Of a stretch of DNA of 64,000 nt, positions 12,170 to 24,956 are shown piece after piece. A program made the translations under genes and the position numbers. Position 1 is the stretch's first letter; each line of letters starts with the position of its first letter. A model generated the notes under the pieces. The model saw nothing but the letters and a program-made list of their open reading frames with translations. It did no database searches and was not told the origin of the DNA. Source of the stretch: Squalus acanthias (taxonomy: Eukaryota); the NCBI GenBank assembly GCA_030390025.1, contig CM059431.1, forward strand, positions 115,322,001 to 115,386,000. The letters run 5' to 3'.

Positions 12170-15030
12170 AGGCTGGGTATGCTTAGAGTGGACAAGTCGC
12201 CTGGTCCAGGTGGCTTGTATCCCAGGTTGCTAAGGGAATTGGGGGAGGAGATAGCAGAAGGGCTTGCCATAATTTTCCAATCTTCCCTAGATGCGGGGGA
12301 GGTGCCTGAGGATTGGAAAGTGGCAAATGTAACACCATTATTCAAGAAAGGGTGTAAGGCCAATCCTTGTAACTACAGGCCAGTCAATTTAACATCAGTG
12401 GTGGGTAAAGTTTTAGAAACAATAATCAAGGAAAAAATTAACGGGCACTTGGAGAGGTTTAAGCTAATTAAGGAGAGCCAACATGCATTTGTAAAAGGCA
12501 GATCGTGTTTGAATAATCTAATTGAATTTTTTGATGAAATAACAGGGAGGATTGATGAAGGGAATACAATGGATGTTGTCTACATGGATTTTTGAAAAGC
12601 ATTTGACAAAGTGTAGGCTTCGCAAAATTCCCCAGAAACTCGAACAGAGCCCTAAAGGGAGTGATTTTTGGACCTTTCATACAAACTTGGGATGATGGGA
12701 CCTAAGTGAAGTGATTTGATGTAAAAACCTCAGTTTTGGAAAGATCAGGGAAGAAAAAACCTGAGGAAACTGACTTTTGAATCTTACTGTTGGGAGAGAC
12801 ACCTTTCACAGACACTAGACAAGCTGCGAGGGGCGTGGCCAGGCAGTGAACAGATCAAGCTGTCTGGGAATTGTTTGCACTGCAAATCCTACCAAGGTGC
12901 AAGAGACAAAGCAAAAACTCACAAACACATTCAAATATGAATAAACCAAGAACCCTATTGAAATCCCCAGGTGCAAACAGGATGCTGGAAATCTAAAAAG
13001 ATTCCTGACAATAAAACTTCCAGCACACAGTTTCATAGCCCATTATCCCATCAAAAACCCATCAGCCAAAGTATCGACCAGAGCAGTTAAGAAAGCCCGC
13101 CAAAAGACCTAGGACAATAGGGTGGAGATTTGGCGCGTAGATAAGGCTGTGTTTAAATCGGAAAACGATCAAGACATGTTTAACACTGAGCAAAAGCCAT
13201 CGGAACTGGCAAGCCCGCCAAAACTAGACAATTGGACTAAGCAAGGTTCATTTGCAACCTAAAGGAATCCGTTTTAGTATGGGATTTTTTGGGCACGAAA
13301 AAGAAACAGTATAATTGAAAGCCTGTGCCATAATTTCTCTCTCTTTCGGACTCGCCGACTACGCGGACACAGCTCTCTCCCTGCGCCAGCAAAAACCACC
13401 ACAAGCCACGAGGAAGAAGGCCAGAAAACAGACCAGCACACAAGAAGAAACCAGAGCAACTGCCTCAGTGACCATCGGACACCTCGCAGCAACAAGGACC
13501 TTACGGAGTCTTTTAAACAAAAGACTCTAAAATCCTGTCAAGGATTCGTTGGTGAGCATTATCCCTGATCTCCTGAAACCAAAAACCTAGCTAGATAGTG
13601 GGATCTTTGGGAGGGATAAGGTTTTGTTTGATATATTGTCATTGTCCCTCGCTTGTACCGTGTGCTCCCCAATCTGTGTTTAAGTAATAAATGTGTTTCA
13701 AGTTTGTTACCTTTTTCTTTTAATAAAGTAAAATTCTTTCATCAGAACCTGTCGTTTACTGCAATTTTGTTCACAACCCCTAAATAAGTCCAAAGTCTAG
13801 GAACCAGAGGGGTGTGGGAGCGATTCGAACCGCTCACTGTGTCAGAAAGCGAAGGCTGACCCCATTACCACCCCGCTTACAAAAGTACCACATAGAAGGC
13901 TGGTTAACAAAATTGAGGTTCATGTAATAGGTGGGTCAGTGGCAGCTTGGCTAAGGAATTGGCTTAAGGACAGAAAACAGTGAATTGTGGTAAATAGCTG
14001 TTTTTCAGACTGGAGGATGGTAGACAGTGGTGTTCCCCAAGGGTCAGTGCTGGGGCCACTGCTTTGTTTGATATATATAAATGACTTGGATATTGGAATA
14101 GAGAGTAGAATTTCTAAATTTGCCGATGACACCAAACTTGGGTGTGTGACAAACAGTGATGACGATACCAATCGACTGCAACAGGACACAGAAAGGATCG
14201 CAGAATGGGCAGACAAGTGGCAGATGGAATTTAATACAGAGAAGTGTGAGGTGATGCATTTTGGCAGAAGGAACAGGGAGAGGCAATATACACTTAATGG
14301 CACGGTTTTAAAAAGTGTGCAGGGACAGAGGGACCTGGGAGTTAATGTGCATAGGTCCCTGAAGGTTTGAGAGAGTGGTTTACAAAGCATATGGGATCTT
14401 GGGCTTCATAAATAGAGGTACTGAGTACAAAAGTAGAGAAGTTATGCTGAACCTTTAAAAAGCGCTGGTTAGGCCACAACTGGAGTATTGTGTCCAGTTC
14501 TGGTCACCACACTTTAGGAAGGATGTGAAGGCCCTTGAGAGGGTGCAGAGGAGATTTACCAGAATGGCTCTGGGGATGGGGGATCTTAGCTACAAGGACA
14601 GGTTGGAGAAGCTGGATTTGTTTTCATTAGAGCAAAGGAGGTTGAGGGGTGATTTAATAGAGGTGTACAAGATTATGACGGGTTTGGATAGGCTAGACGG
14701 GGAAAGGCTGTTCCCACTAGTTGATGGTACAAGGACTAGGGGACACAGATTTAAGGTTTTGGGCAAGAGATACAGGGGGGATGTGAGGAAAAACATTTTT
14801 ACGCAGTGAGTGGTGATGACCTGGAATTCGCTGCCAACGGAAGTGGTAGAAGCGGAGACACTCAATGTTTTCAAGGGGAGACTGGCTAGGCACTTGAGGG
14901 AAATAAACTTGCAGGGCTACGGGGATAGAGCGGGGAAATGGGACTGACTGGATTGCTCTACAGAGAGCCGGCACGGACTCGATGTGCCGAATGGCCTCCT
15001 TCTGTGCCATTATGACTCTATGACTCTATG
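12170..15030 (+). mobile_element. CR1 LINE, 5'-truncated, split by a solo LTR
   Basis: ORFs 12179..12595, 13987..14370 (FADD) and 14525..14809. (TGACTCTA)n tail and TSD ACAAAAT(A/T)TTT at 12159-12169 and 15031-15041. Confidence 0.92.
12612..13881 (+). mobile_element. Solo LTR, 1270 bp (ERV or Gypsy)
   Basis: Ends TGTAGGC...GCTTACA form a short terminal inverted repeat. Exact AAAG TSD (12608-12611, 13882-13885). Removing it restores CR1 AFDKVPH. AATAAA at 13686 and 13722. Confidence 0.88.
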
Positions 15031-15518
15031 ACAAAATTTTTGTTTAAAGTCTCTGCCATTTCCTTATTCCCCATTATAATGTCTCCTGTCTCAACCTCTA
15101 AGGGACCAACGCTTACTTTTGTTACACTCTTCCTTTTTAACATACGTAAGTCACATTAAGGGTTACATTTGATAATTTTCACCTTGTTAAAGAATATAAC
15201 TTTGGAATTGTTGCATAAAGAGTTAATCAACCATGAAATAATACCACTGGGACTTTGCTATCAGCTTCACTCACCCAGTTAAACACCAAGTGAATCCTCA
15301 AGTTTGCCCGCAGTTACTGGTGACAGATCAGCTGGAACCAGTGAGCTGTTTATAAAGTGTTCTCCTGAGATTCTTCTTGTGATACTAAACTGTGAGGCAA
15401 GAGCGTTTAGGGGGAAAATGAAATGGTTTAACATTATCTGCATTCATGTCATCTACAGTAGTTAGAAGACTGTCTTTCTGTGTCCGGTTGACTGTGTGTT
15501 TACAACAGTGCTTTCCTG

Positions 15519-17445
15519 GAATCATAGAATGGTTACAGCACGGAAGGAGGCCATTCAGCCCATCGAGCCCGTGCAGCTCTCTGTAAGAGCACTTCAGCTA
15601 GTCCCACTCCCCCACCCTTTCCCCGTAGCCCTGCAATGTTTTTTCCTTCAGATACTTATCCAACTCCCTTTTGAAAGATAAGATTGAGTCTGCCTCCACC
15701 ACCCTTTCAGGAAGTGCATTCCAGATCTTAACCACTCGCTGTGTAAAAAGTTTTTCTTACGTCACCTTTGGTTCTTTTGCCAATCACCTTAAATCTGTGT
15801 CGTCTGGTTCTCAACCCTTCCGCCAATGGGAACAGTTTCTCTCTATCTACTCTGTCTAGACCCCTCATGATTTTGAACACCTCTATCAAATCTCCTCTCA
15901 ATCTTCTCTGCTCCAAGGAGAACAACCTCAGCTTCTCCAGTCTATCAACCTAACTGAAGTCCTTCATTCCAGGAATCATTCTCGTGAATCCTTTCTGCAC
16001 CCTCTCGAAGGCCTTCACATCCTTCCTAAAGTGTGATGCCCAGAATTGGACACAATACTCCAGTTGGGGCCGAACCAGTGTTTTATACAGGTTCATCATC
16101 ATTTCCACACGTTTGTACTCTATACCTCTATTTATGAAGCCCAGGATCCCATAAGCCTTTTTAACTGCTTTCTCAACCTGCCCTGTCACCTTCAACGATT
16201 TGTGTACACATACCCCCAGGTCTCTCTGTTCGTGCACCCTCTTCAGGATTGTACCATTTAGTTTATATTTCCTCTCCTCATTCTTTCTGCCAAAATGTAT
16301 TACTTCACATTTTTCTGCGTTAAATTTCATCTGCCACGTGTCCGCCCATTTCACCAGCCTATCTATGTCATCCTGAAGTCTATCACTCTCCTTCCTCACT
16401 GTTCATTATACTTCCAAGTTTGTGTCATCTGCAAATTTTGAAATTGTGCCCTGTACACCCACGTCCAAGTCATTAATATATATCAAGAAAAGCAGCTGTC
16501 CTAGAACTGACTCCTGCGGAACACCACTGTGTACCTTCCTCCAGTCCGATAAACAACCGTTCACCACTACTCTCTGTTTCCTGTCACTTAGCCAATTTTG
16601 TATCCATGCTGCCACTGTCCCTTTTATTCCATGGGCTTCAACTTTGCTGGCAAGCCTATTATGTGGCACTTTGTCAAACGCCTTTTGGAAATCCACATAC
16701 ACTACGTCAACAGCATTACCCTCATCAACCCTCTCTGTTACCTCATCAAAATCTCGATCAAGTTGGTTAAACACGATTTGCCTTTAACAAATCCATGCTG
16801 GCTTTCCTTAATTAATCCACACCTATCCAAGTGATTGTTAATTTTGTCCAGATTACTGTTTCTAAAAGCTTCCCCACTACCGAGGGTAAACTGACTGACC
16901 TGTAGTATCTGGGTTTATCTTTACACCCTTTTTTGAACAATGGTGTAACATTTGCAATTCTCCAGTCCTCTGGCACCACCCCTGTATCTATGGAGGATTG
17001 GAATATTATGGCCAGTACCTCCATGACTTCCGCCCTCAATTCCCTCAGCATTCTAAGATGCATCCCATCCGCTCCTGGTGATTTATCTACTTTAAGTACA
17101 GCCAGCCTTTCTAATACCTCTTCTTTATCAATTTTTATCCTATCAAGTGTCTCCACTACCTTCTCCTTCACCATGACTTTGGCAGCATCCTGTTCCTTGG
17201 TGAAGACAGATGCAAAGTACTCATTTAGTACCTCAGCCATACCCTCTGCCTCCATGTGTAGGTCTCCTTTTGGGTCTCTAATTGGCCCCACCCCTCCTCT
17301 TACTACCCTTTTACTATTTATATGCCTATAGAAGACTTTGGATTACCTTTTATATTGACTGCCATTCTATTCTCATACTCTCTCTTTGCCCCTCTTATTT
17401 CCTTTTTCACTTCTCCTCTGACCTTTCTATATATAGCCTGATTCT
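15519..17445 (-). mobile_element. CR1 LINE, 5'-truncated, degenerate ORF2
   Basis: ORFs 16812..17291, 16406..16774 ([15 protein letters not shown]), 15950..16399 and 15728..15925. Confidence 0.92.
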
Positions 17446-17747
17446 CAGATGGGGTAACGTATTGCCAAGGGCTGCGATCCCAAACAGTGTCTTGCACGAG
17501 GGCCACTCTCTCTGTCATGCTGCACCATAGGGTCATGGGATTTGAGTCTGTGTCTGAACCTCCCAACATGGCGAGCTTCTGATTTTAAATGTGCTACAAC
17601 TGGACAGTTGCCAAATGGAAGCTAGGCACTTCCCCACAGCAAAGAAAAATAATACTACAGGAACAATGGTTCCATTAAAATTATAGGCCCCATATTTTTA
17701 ACAGACCCCTACAACACAACAACAACAACAACTTACATTTATATAGC

Positions 17748-18507
17748 GGGCCAGAAATTCGGGTCCCCACGGGTATGCGCTGTTTACTCACCCGTAGGGC
17801 CACTGGAAGTGCCGGTTTCGCGCATGCACTGCGCATGCGCGGGAAACCGGCACTTCCGGTCTCTTGAAGGTAGGGGTTCCCGGGTCAAGCACGTGCGCAG
17901 GAGAGGCAGCGTGCAGACCTGAAACTTCCGTTTTTTTTACAGGTTTCTCCGTGAGGGTAAGTCCCTAGCAGCTGCGCCTGTAAAAAGGAGGCGCAAGGCC
18001 TGCTTTTAACAAGGTAAGTGGTGAATTAAGTAAAATTTTAACATTTTTTCCACAGGTTTATCATTTTTAAATACTTTAAAGAAAGGTGAGTTTATTTTTA
18101 GCCCTGTTAAAAACTTGAATTCATTTTTTCAAAAATGTAAATTTTTGTTTAAAATAGTTAATTTATGTAATTTATAGTTATTTTAAAAATGTGATGTTTT
18201 AAAAAAAATTATTTGAAGTTTAACTTGGGTTTTGGGGCCGATCTCTATTCATAGATTTGACAGGTCTTCCTGTCAAATCTATGAATGGAGATTCCCTGCT
18301 CCGATTGGCTCCCCATGGCCCACATGACCCCAGGGGACGCTTCGAACTAACTGCGCCCCTGGGATATGCAAGCACTGCACGCCGGCAGCTGGAGGAGGCA
18401 CCGGACCGGAGTCCCACGCGGGCCCACAGCACAACGGCAGGCGTGCTATCGAAGGGCAGTTCGGGGGCTTGCACCCGCGGGAAGCCTCCGACCTGAATTT
18501 CTGGCCC
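17748..18507. mobile_element. Harbinger-like MITE, family A
   Basis: TIR GGGCCAGAAATTC / GAATTTCTGGCCC with exact AGC TSD. GC-rich arms flank an AT-rich core. Confidence 0.9.
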
Positions 18508-19227
18508 AGCACCTTTAACATAGTAATTTGTCCCAAGGCGCTTCATAGGAGCGTTATCAGACAAAAATTGACACTCGGCCAAAGAAGGAAACATTAGGAC
18601 AGGTGAGGTAAATTCAGAGGAGCGTCTTAAAGGAGGAGAAAGAGGTGGAGATGTTTGGGAATGAATTACAGAGATTAGGTCCCTTAGCAATGGTGGGGCT
18701 AAGGAAGTGGGGGATGCACAAGAGGCCCGATTGGAGGAACGCAGAGATCTCGGAAGGTTGTTGGGCTGGAGGAGGTACAGAGATAGGGAGGGGAAGGCCA
18801 TGGAGGGATTTGAACACGAGGATAAGAATTTAAAAATTAGGTGTTGGTGGACCGGGAGCCAATGTAGGTCACCGAGCACAGGGGCGATGGGTGATTTGGT
18901 GCGAGTTAGGATATGGGCAGCAGAGTTTTGGATGAACTCAAGTTTATGGAGGGTGGCAGATGGGAGGCCGGCCAAGAGAGCACTGGAATAGTCAAGTCTA
19001 GAGGTAACAAAGGCATGGATGAGGGTTTCAGCAGTAGATGGGTTGAGGCAGGCGTCAAGACGGGCGATGTTATGGAGGTGGAAGTAGACGGTCTGTGTTG
19101 GAGAGGAAGTGTGGTCGGAAATAGGACGGTGAGGTTGCGGGCAGTCTGGATCAGCCTGAGACTGACCACTGAGGGGAATGGAATCAATGGCTGGGGAACG
19201 GAGCTTGTGGCAGGGGACAAAGACATT

Positions 19228-20516
19228 GGCTGCAAAATTCGGTATGTTAGCGCCTTCCCTTAGTGCCTGGCAGGGGCGCTAAGGGGTTAGCGCCTGGGCA
19301 CGGCGAATGCAGCGACGCCCGCGAACTTCAGTGCTGGTTTAGCGCTGGCGCTAACTCTTAGCGCCTGGGTCTCTAGTGCCTTGCAGATCGTGTCGTCATA
19401 AAGTGCGCAGTGCCCCGTTATCACCCTGGATGGAAAGTTGACTCTCGCCCCCTGCCTTATCGCCTCGCGCCAACAACGCCAGCAAGAGGAGGCATTGTGA
19501 ACTCGGCAGGCCTCTTTGGGAGCGGTAATTAAAGGGGATGCTTTTCAGCTAGCGCAACCTTTATTATTTGCACCAGTCTGGTGCCTGCACAAAGTTTTTA
19601 ATGTTTCATTGGTGCAAGATGTCCAAGCCCTCCACTTTGTGAGAGTGTTTGGGGCTGTAATGGCAGTCGCCCAGGTTGCCTTGCAAAACAGAACTGATGA
19701 CAACTTGTGCAGCATCATTGGCCCTTTCCTTTAAGCGAGGGAAGCAGCCTCTGTGATGAAAGAGTGGCGTTTGCAATGCATCGAAATTGCTTAGCGTTCT
19801 GCCGCTACTGTCCCGCGCACGGACTTTTGCGCCCTAAGAGAAGTGGTTAGCGCTTGATTTAACTGAATATCGCGGGAGGCAAGAATAATTAGCGCCTGGC
19901 GTTAATTTTTCAACTTTTAGGGGTAAAAATTCGGTAGCGCCCTGAAAAAGTTAGCGCCCCCGTGGTCGATTTTCCCAGGTAGTGCCCCAAGAGAGAGGAG
20001 GGGCGCTACTGGAAGCGCCCCGCATCCCTCTTGGGGCGCTGTGAGCCAATATCGCGGCGCTGCGCCACGTCGCGCTGCGGTACTGCAGGCTTTCCTCCCC
20101 TTATTAAAGGGGAGGGGCCTGGCGCAGCGTGTCCCGGCACCCAGCTGGGCCACCAGGAATTGGGAGTGCCGGCAAACGAGCCCGGCACTCAAGAGGAGGG
20201 GGCTTCACAGGGACCGGGGACAGCAACGGGGCAGGTGCTGGCAGGCGGCCAGCAACAAAAATGGCTGCCCGCCACCTCCCCTTCCGGCGGTAAATCGGGG
20301 GGGCGCCACCCAATATTACAGCCGGGGCGCGAGTGGGGCTCTGCGCATGGCGATGACCCTGAATTTCGCGGGAGGCGTTAGCGGCGCCGCGTCCAGGCGC
20401 TATTTGATTTGCGCCCCGTTAGCACCCTCGGAAGCTAACGGGAGTTGCAAATCAACCGAATTTAGCCCCCTTAAAGTTTTAGCGCCCCAAATGGGGCTAT
20501 ACCGAATTTCTCCCCC
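19228..20516. mobile_element. GC-rich Harbinger-like MITE (outer element)
   Basis: TIR cores AAATTCGGTAT / ATACCGAATTT. It interrupts the L2. Confidence 0.8.
19920..20470. mobile_element. GC-rich Harbinger-like MITE, family B (nested inner element)
   Basis: GGGGTAAAAATTCGGT / ACCGAATTTAGCCCCC with exact TTA TSD. Inverted homologue of 28406-29137. Confidence 0.85.
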
Positions 20517-21048
20517 AACGGCTTTGGTCTTCCCAATATTTAATTGTCGAAAATTTTGGCTCATCCAAGCCTAGATATTTACTGGGGCGGGTTACTTAGG
20601 CAGGGGGCAGAGTTTCAGATGGGAAACCCGGAAGTCTGGGTTTCAATGTTCCCTCTAATTTTTTTTTGAGTGCGCAGCCACTTTAACGTTCAAGGACTTT
20701 GGAGAGGAAAAGCTAATGCTGAAGATGTGCTGGGGGCAAGTAGGAGTGGAACCATGCTAGTTCTACAGAGCTAAACAACAGTGGAAAGACAGTGGCTGAG
20801 GATGGTGTGATCAACTATGTTGAATGTCACATAGAGTTTGATGAGAACAAAGAGGGATAACGCACTTTGCTCGCAGTCACAGAAAACATCATTAGTGACT
20901 TTGAACATGGCAATATAAAAGCAGTTTGAATGTTTCTAGCCCTATTTATATTGGAGACTTTACACTGATGTAAATCAGTGATCTTCCAAGACCTGGATCT
21001 AGAAGGAGCAATAATGTAAAACTGCCATTCAAGGAATGTATACATTTA

Positions 21049-21568
21049 AGCCCTGATTTAAACCCGGGGCATAAGTGCGCCTTGTGGGTCTCATTTCAAT
21101 GAGTGACATTCGACTCCCGTCCAAACCCAGTGGGAATCACTACGTGGCTGGCAGGCAGGAGCAGGAGGCCATCGCTGAGGACCCAAGAAACCGATCCCCG
21201 GCATAAGGTAAGTGTGTAAGCAGAGGGTCCTCTTGCGATCGCGATCAGAGGAGGAGAGCCCAAGATTCTCTTTTGGGGCCCGGAAAGCACTCCTCTCCTC
21301 CTGGCCCACAAGGAAGCATTCAAGAAATTAATAAAGAAGACTTACCTGGGCCTCTTCTGAACACAATGCTGCCAGCTGACTGGTTTTTCTGGTGGGCCAC
21401 GCACTGAGTGTCATGGCTGTGATTGGAAGCTAAGATTGCGTTGCGGTCCAAATGATGTCATCAGAGCCCGACACTGCAGGAAACTCGACAGTTAAAATGA
21501 CGTCAGACCACCATTTTAACCACCCACCTGCCCCCTTCCTGCCAGACGGGCAGGGTTAAAATCGAGCC
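21049..21568. mobile_element. Degenerate MITE
   Basis: Imperfect TIRs GCCCTGATTTAAACCC and GGGTTAAAATCGAGCC. Confidence 0.6.
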
Positions 21569-22404
21569 TAGAGCCCTGACCTCAGGAGAACCAACTGACC
21601 TGCCCGCACCACTTTGCTTGTTGCTACCACCATCTGGTTCCGGTCTTTGTGATAGAGAATCAGAAACCCACTATTCTATGCATCCATGACATGTCATAAC
21701 ACATCCGGGAAGGGGGGTTAGACCTGGCAATTTGATGCTGAACTGGACCCATGGGAGTGAAGAGGGAATTGATCAGCTTATTGTTCTGTCTTGACCCCTG
21801 CTGTTTTATAATACTCTAAGGCCCCAGTAAGCATACTGATGCACAGAACCAGCTGAACAGGTTTTGTAGGCCATAGCAGATCATAAGAGCCATGAAAAAA
21901 TGTTTCTCTCCTTCACTGGCTGTATGGATGTTGGGTTGTTTATACTTGCAAATGCCATCAACAGCACAGGCAGCACGTTGGCAGATAGAGACATTTTAGT
22001 TAGATAAAACCGCCTTAACAATCTATCTGTAACAAACTATTAATACTATAAAAATGAACTGACGATTAAATCAACAGCAATATTAATGCCCCACACTGCA
22101 ATGTAGTAAGGCAAAACCGGTTTCCATTAATAAGGAATTGGGTTTGGTATTATTGAGTTGGGACAAGCATACATTGTTGGGTTAGGACTTCTACGTATTT
22201 CTTGTAACTGGAATATACTGTATTTAAGAAGAGCAAAGAAAGTGAGAGAAGCGTGAAGCACGGCAGTGATGGTCAATTGAATCCATCCTGTAGACCAAGC
22301 TGCAGGTGCTGAATTATATTTTCTGGGAATAGATCAGAACTGTATTCTGTACAAATCAAATGTAATTTTGACTTTCTCAGTGTCCTACTGTATACAGTAA
22401 TGCA

Positions 22405-22512
22405 ACAACAACTTGCATTTATATAGTGCCTTTAATGTAGAAAAACGTCCTAAGGGGCTTCACAGAGGTGAAATCAAACAAAAATGGACACTAAGCCAAA
22501 GCAGGAGATGTT
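22405..22512 (-). mobile_element. L2 tail fragment
   Basis: ACAACAACTTGCATTTATATAGTGCCTTTAATGTAG. Confidence 0.75.
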
Positions 22513-22576
22513 ACATCATATCATATGCATAGAAAAAAAAAACCTTTGCCCACTAAACTTTATGGGTGAAGAAATA

Positions 22577-24650
22577 GGGGTTGATTTTCACCCGGAGCAG
22601 GTTTTGGATGGGCGGTAGGCAAGGTACTGGCCTAAATTTAATTTTCAGGGAATTTTAACTCCCAGGCTTCATTAACATCTGAATGGTGGGCTTCCCACCT
22701 GATCGCATCGGGAACAGGAAGCCCGTCATTTTCTGGGTGTAATTTCCAATGGGCATCCTATTTAAACTGCGAATGGACCTCTTAAAGAGTGGCTGCATTC
22801 CCTTCTCGCAGGTTGCTCTGTCAGATTGGTGCAAGAATATTTTCTGTTGCAATAAGTCGGAAGCGGGTACCCAGCTTCTCTGAGGTCTCCCTGGAGATCT
22901 TAGTGGAAGAGGTGAGGGGGAGGAGTGGTGCACTCTTTCCCACTGTGGCAGGAGGATTGCAAAGATTGACATACATAAGGCCTGGAGCGAAGTGGCAGAG
23001 ATCGTCAGCTCCAGGAGCAGCACCTCCAGGACCTGGGTTCAATGCAGGAAATGTTTCAGTGGCCTAACAAGAGTGGCAAGGGTGACTACATTTAAAAAAA
23101 TTTCTCTATCTCTCACGATAACACTTTGTAATAGTCCTTCCCCTATCTCCCAGCATTCTGAACAATTCTTTCCCCTGCATCACACCTTTCACCACCCATC
23201 ACATGGGCATACTATACCACCTCTCATTCTCAGCCCAAACACACACTCACCTCTTGCTTGTTACCTTCACAGCAGCCACTAACACCATTCTCTTCTCACA
23301 TGGTTGCAATTGCAGAACAAGGAACTCCTCTGATGAATCCTTCCTCACTTCACATTCCAGCCACTTGCTCTCCATTCAACACCTCCACATCCTGCTTGCA
23401 TCTTGCTTCTTCTCCCTTTCAACATATGCACAACAAACAGAAGAACATAAGAACATAAGAAATAGGAGCAGGAGTAGGCCATACCGCCCCTCGAGCCTGC
23501 TCTGCCATTCAATAAGATCGTGGTGGATCATTGACCTCAACTCCACTTTCCCGTCCGATCTCCATATCCCTTGATTCCCCTAGAGTCCAAAAATCTGTCT
23601 ATCTCAGCCTTCAATATACTCAAAGACTCAGCATTCACAGCCCTCTGGGGCAGAGAATTCTAAAGACTCGCACATGTGGACTCTCCTTTTCAGTAGCCAT
23701 TCACTATGGCCCTCTCTTTCTGCAGCAGAAACCGGCGCACAACACAAATGGAGAGGAGTAAGAATGGGGGAGGAACACCCAGCATCGTGATGCTCTCCGA
23801 GCTGGAGCAGCAGGCTCTAGAGATCAATCGCCCCTTAAGAGCTGTCTGCATTAGAGCTTTCGAGATCATGGGGCTTATTTGAATATCGTCGCTGACTGTT
23901 GCTTGTACCCTTCATGTACTTCAGAGAAACGCACATTCAACCAGCTAGACAACATCAAGCTACATTGTGAAGCCTGTCAAATGCTACTGTGTAGCCTGTC
24001 AGTGCCATGCTAACTCTTGTCCCTTTTCTATTTTTGGTCCTTTTCAGCAGCAAAAGCTTCCAGAAGAGGACACCTTGGAGGAGGACAATGATTCAGAGGA
24101 GGTGCCATCATGAGCTTTGTCCCTTCCAAGCATCAGCACAGAGATTTGCAGCCTGGGTGAATTAGACAGGGTCTGCAGGTGACGATGTGCCCATCACAAA
24201 TTATCAGGAGCAGGCAGTGGTGGCAGGAGAAGCCTATCGGGAGGGCAAGGTTTCTCTCCCAGCTCTCCTGAGAACTTTAGCGACCCAGCTATGAAAAGAT
24301 AATTGCTTGCCTCACATAAGCAGTTGTATGACATACTGGATGGCCTGCCAAGGATTTCATTGCCATGGTTGAAAATATGGAGGAGTCCACTTTCAGCCTG
24401 TGTGGTGTCACCTTGCATGGCATCACCGCCCTGCAGTCTACCTTGGAGACTGTTGCCACCTCCAGGGAGGCTGCAGCTGGACTCTCACAACAGGAGTCTA
24501 TGTTACCAGCCTTTGGTGTTATGGTGGAAGCTCAAATGGTTGCCATCCAGACTCTGGGCTCCATCTTGCAGAGACTGGTGGACCAAATAGATGGAGGCTT
24601 TCAATGTTTTGGCTGGGACCCCTCATCAGAACTATGAAGGGTCCCGCCTC
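22577..24650 (+). mobile_element. Harbinger relic carrying a Myb/SANT-like (Myb_DNA-bind_5 type) pseudogene
   Basis: RKRVPSFSEVSLEILVEEVRGRSGALFP, then frameshifted AEIVSSRSSTSRTWVQCRKCFSGLTRVAR (22855-23085). TIR-like GGGGTTGATTTTCACCC at the start. Confidence 0.75.
23443..23665 (-). mobile_element. CR1 3' end fragment
   Basis: (CATAAGAA)n tail. Matches 1351-1590. Confidence 0.9.
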
Positions 24651-24956
24651 TTTCTGATATTGATTGAACTGTTGTGCATCTTCTGTTTTTATTTCAGATT
24701 ACTAGCATTCACATGATCACAAGCTAACTATAAATGGAGAACGCCATTCATCCTATCATGATTCATCCTTCCAGAGCCCCCCCCCCCCCCACCCCACCCC
24801 CATCTAATTGTTTCTTAAAAGATTTTGGGGCTTTTGCCTCCACTATTTTCTTGAAAGTCTCTTTCATGGGGTAGATTTTGATTTTGTGCAACAGTGTAAA
24901 ACAGTGATACAGAATCGGCAGCACAATGGAAATAAAAATCAGGAAGGATGTAAACA

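Larger units (their letters stand above)
6288..15145 (-). mobile_element. CR1 LINE, host of the nested cluster; pieces 6288-7394, 11572-12169, 15031-15145
   Basis: ORFs 6584..7159 and 11571..12038 are consecutive parts of CR1 ORF2 ([42 protein letters not shown]). (CATAAGAA)n tail. Confidence 0.9.
17711..20575 (-). mobile_element. L2 LINE fragment split by MITEs; pieces 17711-17747, 18508-19227, 20517-20575
   Basis: (ACA)n tail. ORF 18220..18975 begins AGLPSATLHKLEFIQNSAAHILTRTKSPIAPVLGDLHWLPV. The sequence is contiguous across both MITEs. Confidence 0.88.

Noticed and set aside
19917..20574. Many overlapping ORFs in GC-rich segments (also 28476-29102)
   Set aside because: Stop-poor GC-rich MITE sequence bounded by TIRs and TSDs.
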